The translations under genes and the position numbers were made by a program. A DNA stretch of 28,588 nt from an uncultured Deferribacteres bacterium (GTDB taxonomy: Bacteria > Zhuqueibacterota > Zhuqueibacteria > Zhuqueibacterales > Geothermadaptataceae), in the NCBI GenBank assembly GCA_964014485.1, contig CAXHAT010000094.1, forward strand, positions 1-28,588. The letters are read 5' to 3'. How positions within the stretch are numbered: position 1 is the first letter of the stretch; each line of letters begins with the position of its first letter. Positions 27,112 to 28,588 of this stretch are shown piece after piece. Below the pieces are notes generated by a model. It was not told the DNA's origin. It saw only the letters and a list, made by a program, of their open reading frames with translations, and did not search any database.

Positions 27112-28125
27112 ATGAAGCGCTGCAAGGTCACCCTCGCGCAAATCGCGGACTTGAACACGCTGTACCGCGCTTTCTGGCGCGTCGCACAAGGCAAGCGCCG
27201 TCGCCCGGAGGTGCGCGCCTTTGAAGAAAACCTCGACGCCCGCCTGACGGCGCTCTCGCGGGAAATCCTGAGCGGAGCCGTGCGCGTCGGGCGCCAGCGA
27301 AAATTCAGAATTTTTGATCCCAAGCCGCGCGAAATCTCCGCCCCCTGTTTTCGCGAGCGCGTACTGCACCATGCGATTATTGAGCACATCGGCCCGACGC
27401 TCGAAAAAACCGCCGTCTTCGACAGCTACGCCTGTCGCAAGAACAAAGGAACGATCAAAGCCGTTCAACGCGCGCAGCATCATGCCCGCCGCTTTCCCTG
27501 GTACGCCCAAATCGACATAAAACGCTATTTTAAGAGCATCGATCACGCTATTTTAAAAACGCTGCTGCGTCGGCGCTTAAAACATGAGCCGCTCCTGGAA
27601 TTGTTAGACAAAATCATTGAGGCCGGAGCGGACGGTCCCGGTCGCGGCCTGCCGATTGGCGCGCTTACCTCGCAAACCTTCGCCAATTTCTATCTGGGCG
27701 GCTTTGATCGCTTTTTCCTGGAGCGTTGCAAGGTCGCCGCCATGCTGCGCTACATGGACGACGTCGTTTGGTGGACGCACGAGAAAGCGCACGCGGAGCT
27801 TGTCCTGCAACAGGCCGCCAATTTTCTGAAAAGCGAACGCGCACTGACAATAAAAGCCGGCTACAAAGTGCAGCGCAGTAAAGCCGGCATACACTTGTGC
27901 GGCTTTCATATTCTGCCGGGACGCATTCGCCTCGGCAGGCGCCGCCGCAAACTCTATGTGCAGACCTGGAAGCATTGGGAAAAGCAGTACCGGGAAGGAA
28001 AAATCAGCGAGCGCCAACTGCAAATCGGTTATGAAGGCGCCCGGTCGCTGACTTTATTCGCCGACGCCCGCGCGTGGCGGCAAAGACTGCATCGACAAGC
28101 TTCGGAGGTGGAGCTCGGCTTTTAA
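27112..28125 (+). CDS. DGR reverse transcriptase
   Basis: PKPREI, FRERVLHHA, SYACR..KG, DIKRYF, GLPIGALTSQ (DGR-type GxxxSQ), RYMDD. 337 aa with no maturase or endonuclease domain. Confidence 0.95.
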   Translation: MKRCKVTLAQIADLNTLYRAFWRVAQGKRRRPEVRAFEENLDARLTALSREILSGAVRVGRQRKFRIFDPKPREISAPCFRERVLHHAIIEHIGPTLEKTAVFDSYACRKNKGTIKAVQRAQHHARRFPWYAQIDIKRYFKSIDHAILKTLLRRRLKHEPLLELLDKIIEAGADGPGRGLPIGALTSQTFANFYLGGFDRFFLERCKVAAMLRYMDDVVWWTHEKAHAELVLQQAANFLKSERALTIKAGYKVQRSKAGIHLCGFHILPGRIRLGRRRRKLYVQTWKHWEKQYREGKISERQLQIGYEGARSLTLFADARAWRQRLHRQASEVELGF

Positions 28126-28152
28126 GAGCCGTCTTAAGACGCCCGTGTTCTC

Positions 28153-28179
28153 GTCATTCCCGCGCAGGCGGGAATCCAG
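28153..28179 (+). repeat. Single REP/dRS3-like unit
   Basis: Identical to 26968-26994. Confidence 0.85.
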
Positions 28180-28230
28180 TAATTTTGTGGTTTTGAATTC
28201 GTCAATATCAATCAGGGCAACGCCCCCAAA

Positions 28231-28353
28231 AGCGCCAAGCGCGTGATTCGTGGCGGCAGTTGGAACAACAACGCTCGCAACGTGCGTGCGGCTTATCGCA
28301 ACTGGAACAAGCCAGGCAACCGCAACAACAACCTGGGCTTCCGGTGCTCCCAG
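28231..28353 (+). ncRNA. DGR template region (TR)
   Basis: AAC-rich copy of both VRs (10 AAC and 2 AAG codons in VR frame), about 105 nt downstream of the RT. Diverges 3' of TCCCAG (TTC in the VRs, CTC in TR). Confidence 0.95.
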
Positions 28354-28495
28354 CTCGACGGCGGATTGGATGATCCGCGGTGGAACAGGGCGTTGTCCCG
28401 TCCGCATTTTTGCGGCGAACAGCAATTGACGCCCGGCGTGTGAGTAGCCGTCGCGAAAGCTCGCCGGGTTGCCTTTCTCTGACAATGGCTCGAAC

Positions 28496-28588
28496 ATGAT
28501 TGAAGTGATCAAAGAAATTTCTCACCCGCTTGTGCGCGGCGCGCCGCCGGAATGGGCCTCCGGCTGGGGACAGGATCAGTGCGGCGTC
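28496..28588 (+). CDS. 5' fragment of a probable further FGE-sulfatase/CLec protein (runs off window)
   Basis: MIEVIKEISHPLVRGAPPEWASGWGQDQCGV matches the P-x-WA-xxx-G-x-D-x-x-G lead-in of both CLec domains (PLWAQDVGEDQFG, PDWAATIGEDRYG). Confidence 0.65.
   Translation, partial: MIEVIKEISHPLVRGAPPEWASGWGQDQCGV

Larger units (their letters stand above)
22527..28468 (+). mobile_element. Diversity-generating retroelement cassette (target with 2 VRs - HRDC - RT - TR)
   Basis: Co-oriented target, accessory gene, RT and TR, with adenine-specific TR/VR differences. Confidence 0.93.

Noticed and set aside
26362..27546. ORFs 26362..26958, 26537..26884, 26964..27389 and 27040..27546 as an Avd candidate
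   Set aside because: Made of translated repeats (VIPAQAGIQ/WIPACAGMT) or antisense to HRDC/RT, with no Avd-like features.
27112..28125. RT as group II intron, retron or Abi RT
   Set aside because: GxxxSQ motif, no maturase domain or VTG motif, and a TR/VR set adjacent.
26666..28179. Palindromic repeats as a CRISPR array
   Set aside because: Alternating orientation, irregular spacing and no cas genes; REP-like instead.
28243..28443. 66-aa [16 protein letters not shown]... as a short CLec gene
   Set aside because: It is the translation of the TR (Asn-rich from AAC codons) and lacks the rest of the domain.

Overview
Bacterial contig window with a Nextera adapter artefact at 1-44. It opens with host genes: a ROK regulator, an EEP nuclease/phosphatase, a secreted alpha/beta hydrolase and tRNA-Arg(CCT). 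An accessory island follows: tyrosine integrase plus excisionase, a vWA-lipoprotein/membrane-protein cluster, an ECF sigma/zinc-finger anti-sigma pair beside a TPR-CHAT protease split into two divergent halves (CHAT half has an in-frame TAG), a large serine recombinase, RadC/JAB and an orphan C5 methyltransferase. The right third is the main feature: a Trypco2 / trypsin / MoxR / vWA-like ternary conflict-type operon coupled to a diversity-generating retroelement. One 123-nt template (28231-28353) matches two variable regions inside a single target gene (17 and 14 mismatches at template adenines, one non-A mismatch each). An HRDC accessory gene replaces Avd, the RT has DGR-type motifs, and a probable third target begins at the window end. 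Family assignments come from motif recognition by eye; no database searches were run.
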